Source of the DNA: Alphaproteobacteria bacterium
Lineage (GTDB): Bacteria; Pseudomonadota; Alphaproteobacteria; UBA828
Assembly (NCBI GenBank): GCA_965220745.1
Contig: CBDCQT010000003.1
Location: forward strand, 32,001 to 96,000
Direction of reading: 5' to 3'
DNA length: 64,000 nucleotides
This document shows, one piece after another, positions 49,402 through 61,686 of this stretch. The notes beneath the pieces were generated by a model. It was not told where the DNA came from and ran no database searches. It was given only the letters and a program-made list of their open reading frames with translations. Each line of letters starts with the position of its first letter. The first letter of the stretch is position 1. Made by a program: the position numbers and the translations under genes.

Positions 49402-52400
49402 CTACTCCGCGGCGCTGGCCTGGGCGACTGGGGCGCGGAAGGCGGCCAGCAGCTCGGCCTCGCGCTCCTTCGCGCAGGCGATGTTGGCTTCCTTCACGTG
49501 GCCGAAGCCTCGCATGGCAAGCGGCACTTCCGCGATCTCCACGGCGAGCGCGTGGTTGTCGGACTCGAGGCCGGCGATCAGCGTCTCCACCGTCGCCTCG
49601 TACTCGCCGATCAGCGCGCGCTCCCGGCGCCGCTCGGCGCTGTAGCCGAAGATGTCGAGCGGCGTCCCGCGCAGGCCCTTGAACTGCGCCAGCAGACGGA
49701 AGGCCGAGAGCATCCAGGGGCCGAAAATGCGCTTCTTCAGGTGGCCTGTCGCAGGATCGCGCCCGGCGATGAGCGGTGGCGCCATGCTGAACCGGAGCCC
49801 GACCGAGCCCTCAAACTCCGCCTCCACCTGCCGACGGAAGCGGCCGTCGGTGTAGAGCCGGGCGACCTCGTATTCGTCCTTGTAGGCGAGCAGCTTGTGG
49901 TAGGCGCGGGCGACCGCCTCGCCAAACCCCTCGCGGCCGGGCGCCCGTGCGCGTTCGGCCTCGCGCGCGCGGCTCACCAGGGCGCGGTAGCGGCTGGCAA
50001 GCGCGGTGTTTTGATAGGCCCGGAGGTCGGAGGCGCGCCGCTCGATCAGCGCGTCCAGCCCTTGCGCTTGCGGCTCCTGCGGCAGGGTGCCGGTCTCGGC
50101 CGCTGCGGCGGTGACCGCGTCGGCATCGTGCGCGGCCGCTCGGCCCCAGCGGAAGGCACGCTGGTTGGCCTCGACCGCGACGGCGTTGAGCGCGATCGCC
50201 CGCTCGATGGCCTCGGCGCCGAGCGGGACCAGGCCGCGCTGGTATGCGAAGCCCAGGAGGAAGAGGTTGGTGTAGACGGCATCGCCCACCAGCGCCGTCG
50301 CCAGGCGGGTCGCGTCCACGACATCGAGCGTGCGCGCCGCCGCCCCGATCACGCCTTCGAGCTGCGCGCCGGGGAATTCCAGGTCGGGCGTGCGGGTAAA
50401 GTCGCCGGTCGTGATCGGGCCGCCGTTGACCACGGCGTGAGAGGCGCTCTTGTCGAGCCGTGACACCGCTTCGCGGCTCGCCGCCACCACCCGGTCGATT
50501 CCCAGCAGCAGACGGGCGCCGCCGACCGCGATGCGCACCGCGTGCAGGTCCTCGGGCCGCTCGGCGATGCGGATATGGCTGGTGACGGCGCCGTACTTCT
50601 GGGCGAGGCCGGCCTTGTCCAGCACCGTGGCGCCCTTGCCTTCCAGCCGCGCCGCCGTGCCCAGAAGTGCGGCGAGGGTGACGATCCCGGTGCCGCCCAC
50701 GCCCGCAAGCAGAATACCGTAAGGCTCCGTACACGAGGGGCGCGTCGGCTCCGGCAGTGCGACTATGGGCCGCTCGGATACGCCTGACGACGAACCCGCT
50801 CGCCGCTTCCCGCCCTTGACCAGCACGAAGCTCGGGCAGAAGCCCTTGATGCAGGAGAAATCCTTGTTGCAGGCGGATTGGTCGATGGCCCGCTTGCGCC
50901 CGAACTCGGTCTCCAGCGGCACCACCGAGAGGCAATTGGACTGCACGCCGCAGTCGCCGCAGCCCTCGCACACGTCCGGGTTGATGATGACCCGCCAGTC
51001 CGGGTCCTCCAGCAGCCCGCGCTTGCGCCGGCGCCGCTTCTCGGTTGCGCACATCTGATCGTAGACGATGGCCGAGACCCCTTCCCACTGGCGCAGATCG
51101 CGCTGCACCCGGTCGAGCTCGTCCCGGTGATGGATCGTGACGCCGTCCGCGAACTGCCCGTCGAAGGGATATTTCTCGGGCTGGTCGGTGACCACCGCGA
51201 TGCGGCCGACGCCCTCCGCCTGGACCTGGCGGGTCACGCGCTGGACCGAGAGCGGCCCGTCCATGGGCTGGCCGCCGGTCATCGCCACCGCGTCGTTGTA
51301 GAGAATCTTGTAGGTCATGTTGACGCCGGCGGCGACCGCCGCCCGGATCGCCAGAATGCCGGAGTGGAAGTAGGTGCCGTCGCCGATGTTCTGGAAGATG
51401 TGCTCGGTCTCGGTGAAGGGCGCCTGCCCGATCCAGTTCGCCCCCTCGCCGCCCATGTGGGTGTAGGTGTCGGTCTCGCGGTCCATCCACTGCGCCATGT
51501 AGTGGCAGCCGATGCCGGCGAGCGCGCGGCTCCCCTCGGGCACCTTGGTCGAGCTGTTGTGCGGGCAGCCCGAGCAGAAGTAGGGCACCCGCTCCATCGC
51601 CGCAGGCTCCCTGGCGGCGCTCTCGTCCCATCTGGACCGCAGGCGGGCCAGTCGCGCCTCGATGCCCTCGTCGGCGCCGAGGCGCAGCAGCCGCTCGGCG
51701 AGCGTCTGTGCCACCCCGCCGGGGTCGAGCTCGCCCGAGGCGCGGAGCAGCGGGCGCCCTTCCTCGTCGCATTTGCCGATCACGCGGGGTCTCTCCGTCG
51801 CGGGCAGGTTGTAGAGCAGCTCCTTGATCTGGCCCTCGATGAAGTCCCGCTTCTCCTCGACCACGAGGATCTCGTCGAGCCCGCCGGCGAAGCGCCTGAT
51901 GCCCTCAGGTTCCAGCGGCCAGCTCATGCCGACCTTGTAGAGCGCGAGGCCGAGGCGCCGCGCCGTGCCCTCGTCGATGCCGAGGTCGTCCAGCGCCTGG
52001 CGCACGTCAAGGTATGACTTGCCCGTGGTGACGATGCCGAGCCTCCGCCCCGGCCCGTCGATCACGGTGCGGTCGAGCCCGTTGGCCCGGCCGTAGGCGC
52101 GCGCCGCGTCCAGCTTGTGCTCGAGCAGCCGCTCCTCCTGGTCGAGCGGAAAGTCCGGCCAGCGGATGTTGAGCCCGCCTGCGGGCAGCGCGTGGTCTTC
52201 CGGCGTGACGATGGCGACCCGGTGCGGGTCCACCGAGACGATGGCCGAGCTGTCCACCGTCTCCGCGATGCAGATGAAGCCGACCCAGAGGCCCGAGTAG
52301 CGCGAGAGCCCCCAGCCGTGCAGCCCGTAGTCCAGGAACTCCTGCACGCCGGCGGGGTTGATCACCGGCATGGTCGCGCTCACGAAGTTGAACTCGCTCT

Positions 52401-52872
52401 GGTGCGCGGTGGTGGAGGAGGCGCAGACGTGGTCGTCGCCCGCCAGCGCGAGCACGCCGCCGTGGGCCGCCGTGCCGGCGAGGTTGGCGTGTTTGAAGAC
52501 GTCGATGGTGCGGTCGACGCCTGGCCCCTTGCCGTACCAGATGGCGAAGACGCCGTCGTGCTTCGCGCCGGGGAAGAGCCCAACCTGCTGCGTGCCCCAG
52601 AGTGCGGTGGCTGCCGTGTCCTCGTTGACGCCGGGCTGGAAGTGCACGCCGTGCTTCTCGATGAACGGCTTGGCCTGCCAGAGCGCGCGGTCGAAGTTGC
52701 CGAGCGGCGAGCCGCGATAGCCCGAGATCATGCAGGCGGTGTCGAGCTCGGCCGCCTTGTCGCGCAGGTGCTGCATCATCGGCAGCCTGACCAGCGCCTG
52801 GGTGCCGGTCATGTAGACCTCGCCCGAGAGGGCGGCGTACTTGTCGTCGAGTGAGACCGCGGCGAGGGTCAT
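49402..52872 (-). CDS. Indolepyruvate:ferredoxin oxidoreductase family, fused single-chain type
   Basis: SGYRGSPLG, WYGKGPG, YFCSGCPHN, GDGTYFHSG, CEGCGDC, AGVGGTG, YKDEYEVARL; ATG 52872. Confidence 0.93.
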   Translation of the reverse strand: MTLAAVSLDDKYAALSGEVYMTGTQALVRLPMMQHLRDKAAELDTACMISGYRGSPLGNFDRALWQAKPFIEKHGVHFQPGVNEDTAATALWGTQQVGLFPGAKHDGVFAIWYGKGPGVDRTIDVFKHANLAGTAAHGGVLALAGDDHVCASSTTAHQSEFNFVSATMPVINPAGVQEFLDYGLHGWGLSRYSGLWVGFICIAETVDSSAIVSVDPHRVAIVTPEDHALPAGGLNIRWPDFPLDQEERLLEHKLDAARAYGRANGLDRTVIDGPGRRLGIVTTGKSYLDVRQALDDLGIDEGTARRLGLALYKVGMSWPLEPEGIRRFAGGLDEILVVEEKRDFIEGQIKELLYNLPATERPRVIGKCDEEGRPLLRASGELDPGGVAQTLAERLLRLGADEGIEARLARLRSRWDESAAREPAAMERVPYFCSGCPHNSSTKVPEGSRALAGIGCHYMAQWMDRETDTYTHMGGEGANWIGQAPFTETEHIFQNIGDGTYFHSGILAIRAAVAAGVNMTYKILYNDAVAMTGGQPMDGPLSVQRVTRQVQAEGVGRIAVVTDQPEKYPFDGQFADGVTIHHRDELDRVQRDLRQWEGVSAIVYDQMCATEKRRRRKRGLLEDPDWRVIINPDVCEGCGDCGVQSNCLSVVPLETEFGRKRAIDQSACNKDFSCIKGFCPSFVLVKGGKRRAGSSSGVSERPIVALPEPTRPSCTEPYGILLAGVGGTGIVTLAALLGTAARLEGKGATVLDKAGLAQKYGAVTSHIRIAERPEDLHAVRIAVGGARLLLGIDRVVAASREAVSRLDKSASHAVVNGGPITTGDFTRTPDLEFPGAQLEGVIGAAARTLDVVDATRLATALVGDAVYTNLFLLGFAYQRGLVPLGAEAIERAIALNAVAVEANQRAFRWGRAAAHDADAVTAAAAETGTLPQEPQAQGLDALIERRASDLRAYQNTALASRYRALVSRAREAERARAPGREGFGEAVARAYHKLLAYKDEYEVARLYTDGRFRRQVEAEFEGSVGLRFSMAPPLIAGRDPATGHLKKRIFGPWMLSAFRLLAQFKGLRGTPLDIFGYSAERRRERALIGEYEATVETLIAGLESDNHALAVEIAEVPLAMRGFGHVKEANIACAKEREAELLAAFRAPVAQASAAE

Positions 52873-53030
52873 CGCGATTCCTGTCCTCAGCGTCCGGTTC
52901 TTCTTGGGGCTAGGCCGCAAGCTGCAGCCGCCGGGTGCGCGGCCGCGCCGCCATCATACCCCAAGGCGCACCGTCGGCGCGAAGCGGCGGCGGCTGGGAT
53001 ATCCTCGAGAACTTAATTTCATGCGGCCTA

Positions 53031-53104
53031 TTCCGGCCCACTCCGGCCCAAAGTGGCCCAAGGTGGTCCAAAACCGGTGGCTCAAAGTGGCTCAAGGTGG
53101 ATCA
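53031..53104. repeat. Degenerate 10-bp tandem array (7 units)
   Basis: TTCCGGCCCA CTCCGGCCCA AAGTGGCCCA AGGTGGTCCA (AAAC) CGGTGGCTCA AAGTGGCTCA AGGTGGATCA. Confidence 0.75.
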
Positions 53105-53258
53105 AGACAGCGCGGATGTGGGCGACGATCTCGAGCGAATGCCCCCTTTTGCCACGTCTCGCCAAAATGGAGTGCCTCGCGTCCGCATGGGCGGCATCGC
53201 GTGTGGCGGCGTTTTCGCGGTCTGCACAACGCATCCGCCGAGACTGACTCCGCCCGCC

Positions 53259-53531
53259 CGCGCCGTGCACCGCACCATAGTCCGGGGCACGTTCCCGGCA
53301 ACCGATGAGGAATTCGCCGTGACGGGAACCGGGCCGCAGGCCTGGACGGCGCGCTAGCGCCGCGCGCCGAAGCGAACGAAGCGTCTGCCAAGAAGAGGGT
53401 CGGACCGTAGGTCCGGAGCGCGCGACCACGCGCCGCGCCGAATGGCGCGTAGGCAAGCGAACGGAGTGAGCGCCCGCCGTTGAGGGAAATGAAAATGCGA
53501 GCGCCCGGCGATTGAGGGAAATGATTAAGTC
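53259..53531 (-). repeat. Modular intergenic repeat, copy B (with internal module duplications)
   Basis: Reverse complement is colinear with 32296-32463; TTGAGGGAAATGA occurs twice (53480 and 53512). Confidence 0.85.
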
Positions 53532-53606
53532 CCGGAGCGCACGTTGCATTGCTTTCACAGCGACGTGCTGACACCCTCGCGCCGGCGTGCAGCACAGGAG
53601 ACGAGC

Positions 53607-54407
53607 ATGACGGGCTACGACGGCTACACCACGATGACGTTTGTGCGCGAGCGCCGCGTACTCACCGTGACGCTGAACCGGCCCGACGTGCTCAACGCCG
53701 TGAGCGCGGCCATGCACGCCGAAATGGCGCGGCTCTTCTACGACATCGCCGCCGACCGCGAGACCGACATCGTCGTGCTGACCGGCGCCGGCCGCGCCTT
53801 CTGCGCCGGCGGCGACATCGACTGGCTCCAGGCCGCGGCCGACGATCCGACGATCTTCGACGGCATCGCCGTCGAGGCGAAGCAGATCGTGTTCGGTCTC
53901 CTCGACCTGGAAAAGCCCGTGATCTGCCGCCTGAACGGCGATGCGGTGGGGCTCGGGGCCACGGTCGCGCTCTTCTGCGACATCATCATCGCGGCGGACG
54001 ACGCGCGGATCGGCGATCTGCACGTCAACATCGGGCTCTCAGCGGGCGACGGCGGGGCGATAATCTGGCCCCAGCTCATCGGCTACCCGCGCGCCAAGGA
54101 GTTCCTGATGACCGGCCGGCTGATCGATGGCGCCGAAGCCGCGGCGATGGGCCTCGTGAACGAGGCGGTCCCGCTTGACGAACTCGATGCCCGTACAGTC
54201 CGTATGGTGGGCAAGCTGGAGCGGGGCGCGACCCAGGCGATCCGGCTCACCAAGGTCTCGATCAACGTCGGCCTCAAGCAACTCGCACACGCGATGATGG
54301 ATGCTTCCATCGCCTACGAGACCCTGACCAACGTCTCCGCCGATCACCGCGAAGGGCTCGCGGCCTTCCGCGAGCGGCGCAAGCCCACCTTCGACCAAAG
54401 CCGGTGA
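53607..54407 (+). CDS. Enoyl-CoA hydratase/isomerase family protein
   Basis: TLNRPDVLNA, AFCAGGD, KPVI..LNG.AVGLG, REGLAAFRERRKP.F; AGGAG RBS. Confidence 0.92.
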   Translation: MTGYDGYTTMTFVRERRVLTVTLNRPDVLNAVSAAMHAEMARLFYDIAADRETDIVVLTGAGRAFCAGGDIDWLQAAADDPTIFDGIAVEAKQIVFGLLDLEKPVICRLNGDAVGLGATVALFCDIIIAADDARIGDLHVNIGLSAGDGGAIIWPQLIGYPRAKEFLMTGRLIDGAEAAAMGLVNEAVPLDELDARTVRMVGKLERGATQAIRLTKVSINVGLKQLAHAMMDASIAYETLTNVSADHREGLAAFRERRKPTFDQSR

Positions 54408-56224
54408 CGGCGATGGCGACGCGAAGGGCGCGAGGGCTCGACAGCGCTGCAGAGGTGCGCGAAGACGGCGCGCTGCCGGGATGGGACCTCTCCGATCTCT
54501 ATCCCGCGCCTGACTCGGACGAACTCCAACACGACCTGGAGCAGGCGGCTGTGGCGGCCGAGTTGCTGCACGAGGAGTTCGCGGGCCGCGTCGCCGATCT
54601 CGATGGCGCGGCCTTGGGCGGCCTGATCGCGCGCTACGAGGCGATCCAGGAGACCCTGGAGCGGCTGACGAGCTACGCCTACCTCGTCTACTGCACGGCG
54701 ATGGACGACGCCGAGACGGCGCAGTTCTTCCAGACCGCGCGGGAAGAAACCACCGCCACGACCAGCCGGCTGCTCTTCCTCACCCTCGAGCTCAACCGAA
54801 TCGAAGACGATGCGCTCGCGGACAAGCTGCAGGCCCGCGCGCTCGCCCGCTACGCGCCCTGGGTGAGGGACGTGCGGGCGTTCCGCCCTTTCCAGCTCTC
54901 GGACGAGGTGGAGCGCCTCCTGCACGAGAAGCAGGTCGCGGGCCGTGCGGCCTGGATGCGCCTCTTCGACGAGACCATGGCCGCGCTGCGCTTCCCCGTG
55001 AAGGGCGAGCCGCTCACCAGCGCCGACGCGCTCAACCTGCTCTCGGACAAGGACCGCGACGTGCGCAAGGAGGCGGCGCAGGCTTTGGGCACCGTCCTCG
55101 GCGAGAACGTGCGCACCTTCGCGCTCATCACCAACACGCTCGCCAAGGACAAGGAGATCGAGGACCAGTGGCGCGGCTTCGAGCGGCCCATCTCCGCCCG
55201 CAATCTCGGCAACCGGGTGGAGGACGAGGTGGTGGACGCGCTGATCGCGGCCGTCGAGGCCTCGGCGCCTCGTCTTGCCCATCGCTATTACGCGCTCAAG
55301 GCGCGCTGGATGGGCGGGGACCGCCTCGACCATTGGGACCGCACCGCGCCGCTGCCGGAAGACGACGATCGGCTGATCGGCTGGGACGAGGCGGTCGAGA
55401 CCGTGCTCGCGGCCTACCGCACCTTCTCGCCCGAGCTTGCTGCCATCGGTCGGCGCTTCTTCGAGAATGACTGGATCGACGCACCGGTGCGCCACGGCAA
55501 GTCTCCCGGCGCCTTCGCCCATCCCACGGTGCCGGGCGCGCACCCCTACCTGCTGCTCAACTACCAGGGCAAGACACGCGACGTGATGATTTTGGCCCAC
55601 GAGCTCGGCCACGGGGTGCATCAGGTGCTGGCGGGCGGGCAGGGCCTCTTGATGGCGGAGACCCCGCTGACGCTGGCCGAGACCGCCTCTGTCTTCGGCG
55701 AGCAGCTCACCTTCCGCGCGCTGCTCGACGGCGAGAGCGACCCCGTCCGCCGCCGGGTCATGCTCGCCGGCAAGGTCGAGGACATGCTGAACACCGTGGT
55801 GCGCCAGGTCGCCTTCTGCGCCTTCGAGCGGCGCGTGCACGAGGAGCGCCGCTCAGGCGAGCTCACGCCCGATCGACTCTCCGAGCACTGGCTCGCGGTG
55901 CAGAGCGAGAGCCTGGGTCCGGCGCTCCGCTTCCACGACGAATACCGGCATTACTGGACCTACATCCCGCACTTCATCCACGCGCCGTTCTACGTCTACG
56001 CTTATGCCTTCGGCGAGTGCCTGGTGAATGCGCTCTACGCGGTCTATCGGGCCGAGCCCGCCGGCTTCGAGCAGAAGTATCTGGACATGCTGCGGGCCGG
56101 CGGCAGCCTCCGGCATAGGGAGCTGTTGGCCCCGTTCGGCCTCGATGCGAGCGATCCCGCGTTCTGGTCGCGCGGCCTCGACGTGATCGCCGGCTTCGTC
56201 GACGAACTGGAGGCAGCGTTCTAG
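54404..56224 (+). CDS. pepF: M3B oligoendopeptidase F
   Basis: WDLSDLY, GKSPGAF, AHELGH (HExxH), AETAS, HF..PFYVYAYAFG; start could be 54413. Confidence 0.9.
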   Translation: MTAMATRRARGLDSAAEVREDGALPGWDLSDLYPAPDSDELQHDLEQAAVAAELLHEEFAGRVADLDGAALGGLIARYEAIQETLERLTSYAYLVYCTAMDDAETAQFFQTAREETTATTSRLLFLTLELNRIEDDALADKLQARALARYAPWVRDVRAFRPFQLSDEVERLLHEKQVAGRAAWMRLFDETMAALRFPVKGEPLTSADALNLLSDKDRDVRKEAAQALGTVLGENVRTFALITNTLAKDKEIEDQWRGFERPISARNLGNRVEDEVVDALIAAVEASAPRLAHRYYALKARWMGGDRLDHWDRTAPLPEDDDRLIGWDEAVETVLAAYRTFSPELAAIGRRFFENDWIDAPVRHGKSPGAFAHPTVPGAHPYLLLNYQGKTRDVMILAHELGHGVHQVLAGGQGLLMAETPLTLAETASVFGEQLTFRALLDGESDPVRRRVMLAGKVEDMLNTVVRQVAFCAFERRVHEERRSGELTPDRLSEHWLAVQSESLGPALRFHDEYRHYWTYIPHFIHAPFYVYAYAFGECLVNALYAVYRAEPAGFEQKYLDMLRAGGSLRHRELLAPFGLDASDPAFWSRGLDVIAGFVDELEAAF

Positions 56225-56247
56225 GGCGGGAGGTCCCCGCCCCGCGC

Positions 56248-57009
56248 CTAAAGAAACACCGTGCCGCCGTCCACCATCAGGGTCTGGCCGGTGACCAGCT
56301 TGCTCGCGTCGGACGCGAGGTAGAGCACGGTGCCGACAAGATCGTCGGTCTCGAGGTTCTTCTGCAGGCTCTGGCCGGTGGCAACGGCCTGAAGCAGCTT
56401 GTCCTTCTTCTCGCCGAAGAATTCGTCGGTCCCCTCGGTCAGCACGGCGCTCGGCGCGATGGCGTTGACCCTGATCCAGTCGCGCCCGAGCTCGCGGGCA
56501 AGCGCGCGGGTCATGCCGATCACCGCGGACTTCGAGGTCGCGTAGTGCAGGCCATAGGGCATGCCGTAGACCGCAGCCAGCGAAGCGATGTTGACGACGG
56601 AGCCGCCGCCCGCCTCGCGCATGGCCGGCACGCACGCCTTGGTGCATTGCCAGACGCCCCGCACATTGACGGCCATGGTCTTGTCCCACTCGTCCTGCGG
56701 GATCTTGTCGAAGCGCCCGCCCTGGATGTCGCCGTAGAGTGCTGCGTTGTTGATGAGCACGTCGATGCGTCCGAACTCGGCGACCGCGTGCTTGGCCATG
56801 GTCTCGCAGCTCGCCATCTCGGCGGCGTCGAGCGCGATGCCGGTGACGCGCCCGTTGGTCTTGCCGATGGCGTCGACCGTCTCGGCCGTGTCGCGGATAT
56901 CGGCGGCGACCACCGCGGCACCCTCGCGCGCCAGCGCCTCGCAATAGGCGCGGCCCAGGCCCCGCCCGCCGCCGGTAACGACGGCGACCTTCCCTTCAAG
57001 CTGTGCCAT
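56248..57009 (-). CDS. Classical short-chain dehydrogenase/reductase
   Basis: VTGGGRGLG, LINNAA, YATSK, VNAIAP, TGQTLMVDGG. Confidence 0.93.
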   Translation of the reverse strand: MAQLEGKVAVVTGGGRGLGRAYCEALAREGAAVVAADIRDTAETVDAIGKTNGRVTGIALDAAEMASCETMAKHAVAEFGRIDVLINNAALYGDIQGGRFDKIPQDEWDKTMAVNVRGVWQCTKACVPAMREAGGGSVVNIASLAAVYGMPYGLHYATSKSAVIGMTRALARELGRDWIRVNAIAPSAVLTEGTDEFFGEKKDKLLQAVATGQSLQKNLETDDLVGTVLYLASDASKLVTGQTLMVDGGTVFL

Positions 57010-57178
57010 GGGGTCTCCCGCTTATCTCGGATGTACGCGCCAGCCCGGCCGCGCCGGCGCCGACGGACCACGACATAGGCCACAACGGGCGCCGCCGCAA
57101 GCCGTCCGCCCGGCTGCCTTCGCATTCTGCGGCCCGGTGCTAGAATGCCGCCCGCAAGCCCGAGAGCTGGAGGGAACG

Positions 57179-57991
57179 ATGGCGACCGAGATCGTGGAAC
57201 TGCCGGAAGGGATCGCGCGCACGCTGCGCCGCAAGGACGATGACGGCGTGACGACGCTCACGCTGAACCGGCCCAAGTCGGGCAACAGCCTCTCCCACCG
57301 GCTGGTGCACGAGCTGCAGGACACCCTCGACGAGATCAGGGACGACCGCTCCGTGCGGGTGGTGATCCTGGCGGCGGCCGGGCGGCTCTTCTGCACCGGG
57401 CACGACCTCAATGAATCCGTCGAGGCCATGAAGCAGCCCGAGACCAAGCGCGAAGCCACCGCCACTTGCTCGCGCATGATGCAGAGCCTGATCGGCCTGC
57501 CCCAGCCGGTGATCGCCAAGGTCCACAGCATCGCCACCGCTGCCGGCTGCGAGCTGGTCGCGAGCTGCGATCTGGTCTACGCCTCGTCGGAGGCCAAGTT
57601 CGCCACCCCCGGCGTGAACATCGGCTTCTGGTGCCACTCGCCGCAGGTGGCAGTGAGCCGCGCCGTCGCGCCCAAGCACGCGATGCAGATGCTGCTCACC
57701 GGCAAGATGGTGGATGCCGAGACTGCCTTTCGCATGGGGCTGGTCAGCGAGGTCGTGGAGCCCGACAAGTTGGGCGAGCGGGTGGACGAGGTCGCGCGGC
57801 ATATCGCGTCGAAGTCGTCCTACGCCATCGCCCAGGGCAAGCGGTCCTTCTACCGCCAGCTGGAGATGGACCGGGGCGATGCCTACGACTACGCCGGCGA
57901 GGTGATCTACCGCACCATCCAGGCTGACGACGCGCGCGAGGGCATCACGGCCTTCCTGGAAAAACGGGATCCTGTCTGGAAGGATTCCTGA
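57179..57991 (+). CDS. Enoyl-CoA hydratase family (ECHDC3-like)
   Basis: FCTGHDL, ATAAGCELVASCD, FATPGVNIG, MLLTG; ATG 57179. Confidence 0.9.
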   Translation: MATEIVELPEGIARTLRRKDDDGVTTLTLNRPKSGNSLSHRLVHELQDTLDEIRDDRSVRVVILAAAGRLFCTGHDLNESVEAMKQPETKREATATCSRMMQSLIGLPQPVIAKVHSIATAAGCELVASCDLVYASSEAKFATPGVNIGFWCHSPQVAVSRAVAPKHAMQMLLTGKMVDAETAFRMGLVSEVVEPDKLGERVDEVARHIASKSSYAIAQGKRSFYRQLEMDRGDAYDYAGEVIYRTIQADDAREGITAFLEKRDPVWKDS

Positions 57992-58013
57992 CGCCGCCCT
58001 CTCGGCCGTCCTG

Positions 58014-58211
58014 TCATAGCTTCTCGTCGATTCCCGCCTGTTTCAGAATATGGTTGGCTGTATGCCGGCTCTTGATCTTGCTTGGGACGGTGATGACCAG
58101 CCCGGTGCGGTCCGCACTCTGCCACTGTTCGTGGCTTGACCTGCCTTGGCGGATTTTGACCCAACCGGCCGCTCTCAGAAGGCTTTTCACCTTCCGTTCG
58201 AAAGTCGCCAC
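58014..58211 (-). CDS. hicA: HicA-family toxin
   Basis: LLRAAGW..IRQGRSSHEQW, VITVP, TANHILKQAGI. Confidence 0.85.
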   Translation of the reverse strand: MATFERKVKSLLRAAGWVKIRQGRSSHEQWQSADRTGLVITVPSKIKSRHTANHILKQAGIDEKL

Positions 58212-58224
58212 TGCGATACCAGTG

Positions 58225-58545
58225 CTACACGTGTGACGGGATCAGTGTTTCCTCGACGACATAGCGGGGCGTCCGTGCGCTAACCTGCGACCGAGAATGT
58301 TGATGGTGCCCTGGTTGCCCGGCTGGTTGGCCTGCCTGCTGAAGCCGCACCGTCACTTGCACGTCAGCGTCTCGCGGCACGTCCAAATTTTGCTCGAGCA
58401 GTTGCGGCACCATCTCCATGACGGCCTCAAGCATGCCGCCGAGCGTATCCGCTTCGAGCGTCAGACCCGGTATGTCCTCGCTCGTCGCAACGAACACGTC
58501 GGTTTCCTCGCAGTGGAAAACATCGACGCTGTACAAGTTGGCCAT
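58225..58545 (-). CDS. HicB-like antitoxin (DUF1902-type)
   Basis: VFVATSEDIPGLTLEADTL..M...VPQLL; directly upstream of hicA. Confidence 0.75.
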   Translation of the reverse strand: MANLYSVDVFHCEETDVFVATSEDIPGLTLEADTLGGMLEAVMEMVPQLLEQNLDVPRDADVQVTVRLQQAGQPAGQPGHHQHSRSQVSARTPRYVVEETLIPSHV

Positions 58546-58616
58546 CGCATCCCACTCCACGGCGGCCGTGCTGCGGCGCTCCAAGCCCGCACCGCGTGAA
58601 TTGCCGGAACGTTACG

Positions 58617-59156
58617 CTAGTCCCGCGCCGGGTACCAGTAGAGCGGGTCCGGGCGCTGGTAGCCCTCCGGGCGGTAGATCAGCTCCAGGGTGGTCTTGAG
58701 CGCGTCCTCGGTCTGGAAGTAGCAGAAGCGCACGCCGCGCCATCCGCCGCTCATGACTCGCTCAAAGCCGCGCGCCTCCATGTCGGCGATGCAGCCGTCC
58801 ATATCCAGGCCCGTGTCCTGCAGCAGAAAGCCCACGTGCTGCAGCCCCTCGCCGTGTTCCTCAAGGAACTCGTGATAGATGCTGGGCCCCTCCAGAGGCT
58901 CGATCACCTCCCAATTGAGATCGCCGGTCCAGGCCAGCGCGAGGCGCATGGAGAACTGGCCGGCGCTGCCGCGAAAGTATCTGTCGGTCAGGTCCGGTGG
59001 CCCGTATTCCTGGACCCACCAGGGGCCGATCCCCATGCGGTCCGCATAGTTGCGGATGCAGGCGTCGAGGTCGCGGGTAACGATGCAGATTTGCCGGGTC
59101 TGGCCGATGAGGCTGTTGGGCAGGTCGGTGAAGACGTGGTCGGGTGAGACGCTCAT
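58617..59156 (-). CDS. VOC/glyoxalase family protein (methylmalonyl-CoA epimerase-like)
   Basis: QICIVTRDL, MGIGPW, WEVIEPLEGPSIY.EFLEEHGEGLQHVG, TLELI. Confidence 0.85.
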   Translation of the reverse strand: MSVSPDHVFTDLPNSLIGQTRQICIVTRDLDACIRNYADRMGIGPWWVQEYGPPDLTDRYFRGSAGQFSMRLALAWTGDLNWEVIEPLEGPSIYHEFLEEHGEGLQHVGFLLQDTGLDMDGCIADMEARGFERVMSGGWRGVRFCYFQTEDALKTTLELIYRPEGYQRPDPLYWYPARD

Positions 59157-59169
59157 ATGTATCCGATCC

Positions 59170-61500
<2,331 letters not shown>

Positions 61501-61686
61501 CGTTCTCTCCCCGTCTCGTGCGGGCATGATAGGGAACTCGGCCGCGGGCGTCATCTTGGCCGGACACCGAGGACTTGCCGGTGCACGGGGTCTGCGCCCC
61601 TGCCCGAATCGGGCGCCTCTGTGCTACCTAGCCGGAAAGGGCGGAGTGCCGGTGCGGCCTCCGCGAGCGAGTCAGAGGAGGAAGGG

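Noticed and set aside
53031-53104. CRISPR array
   Set aside because: Units are 10 bp, degenerate and without spacers; no cas genes.
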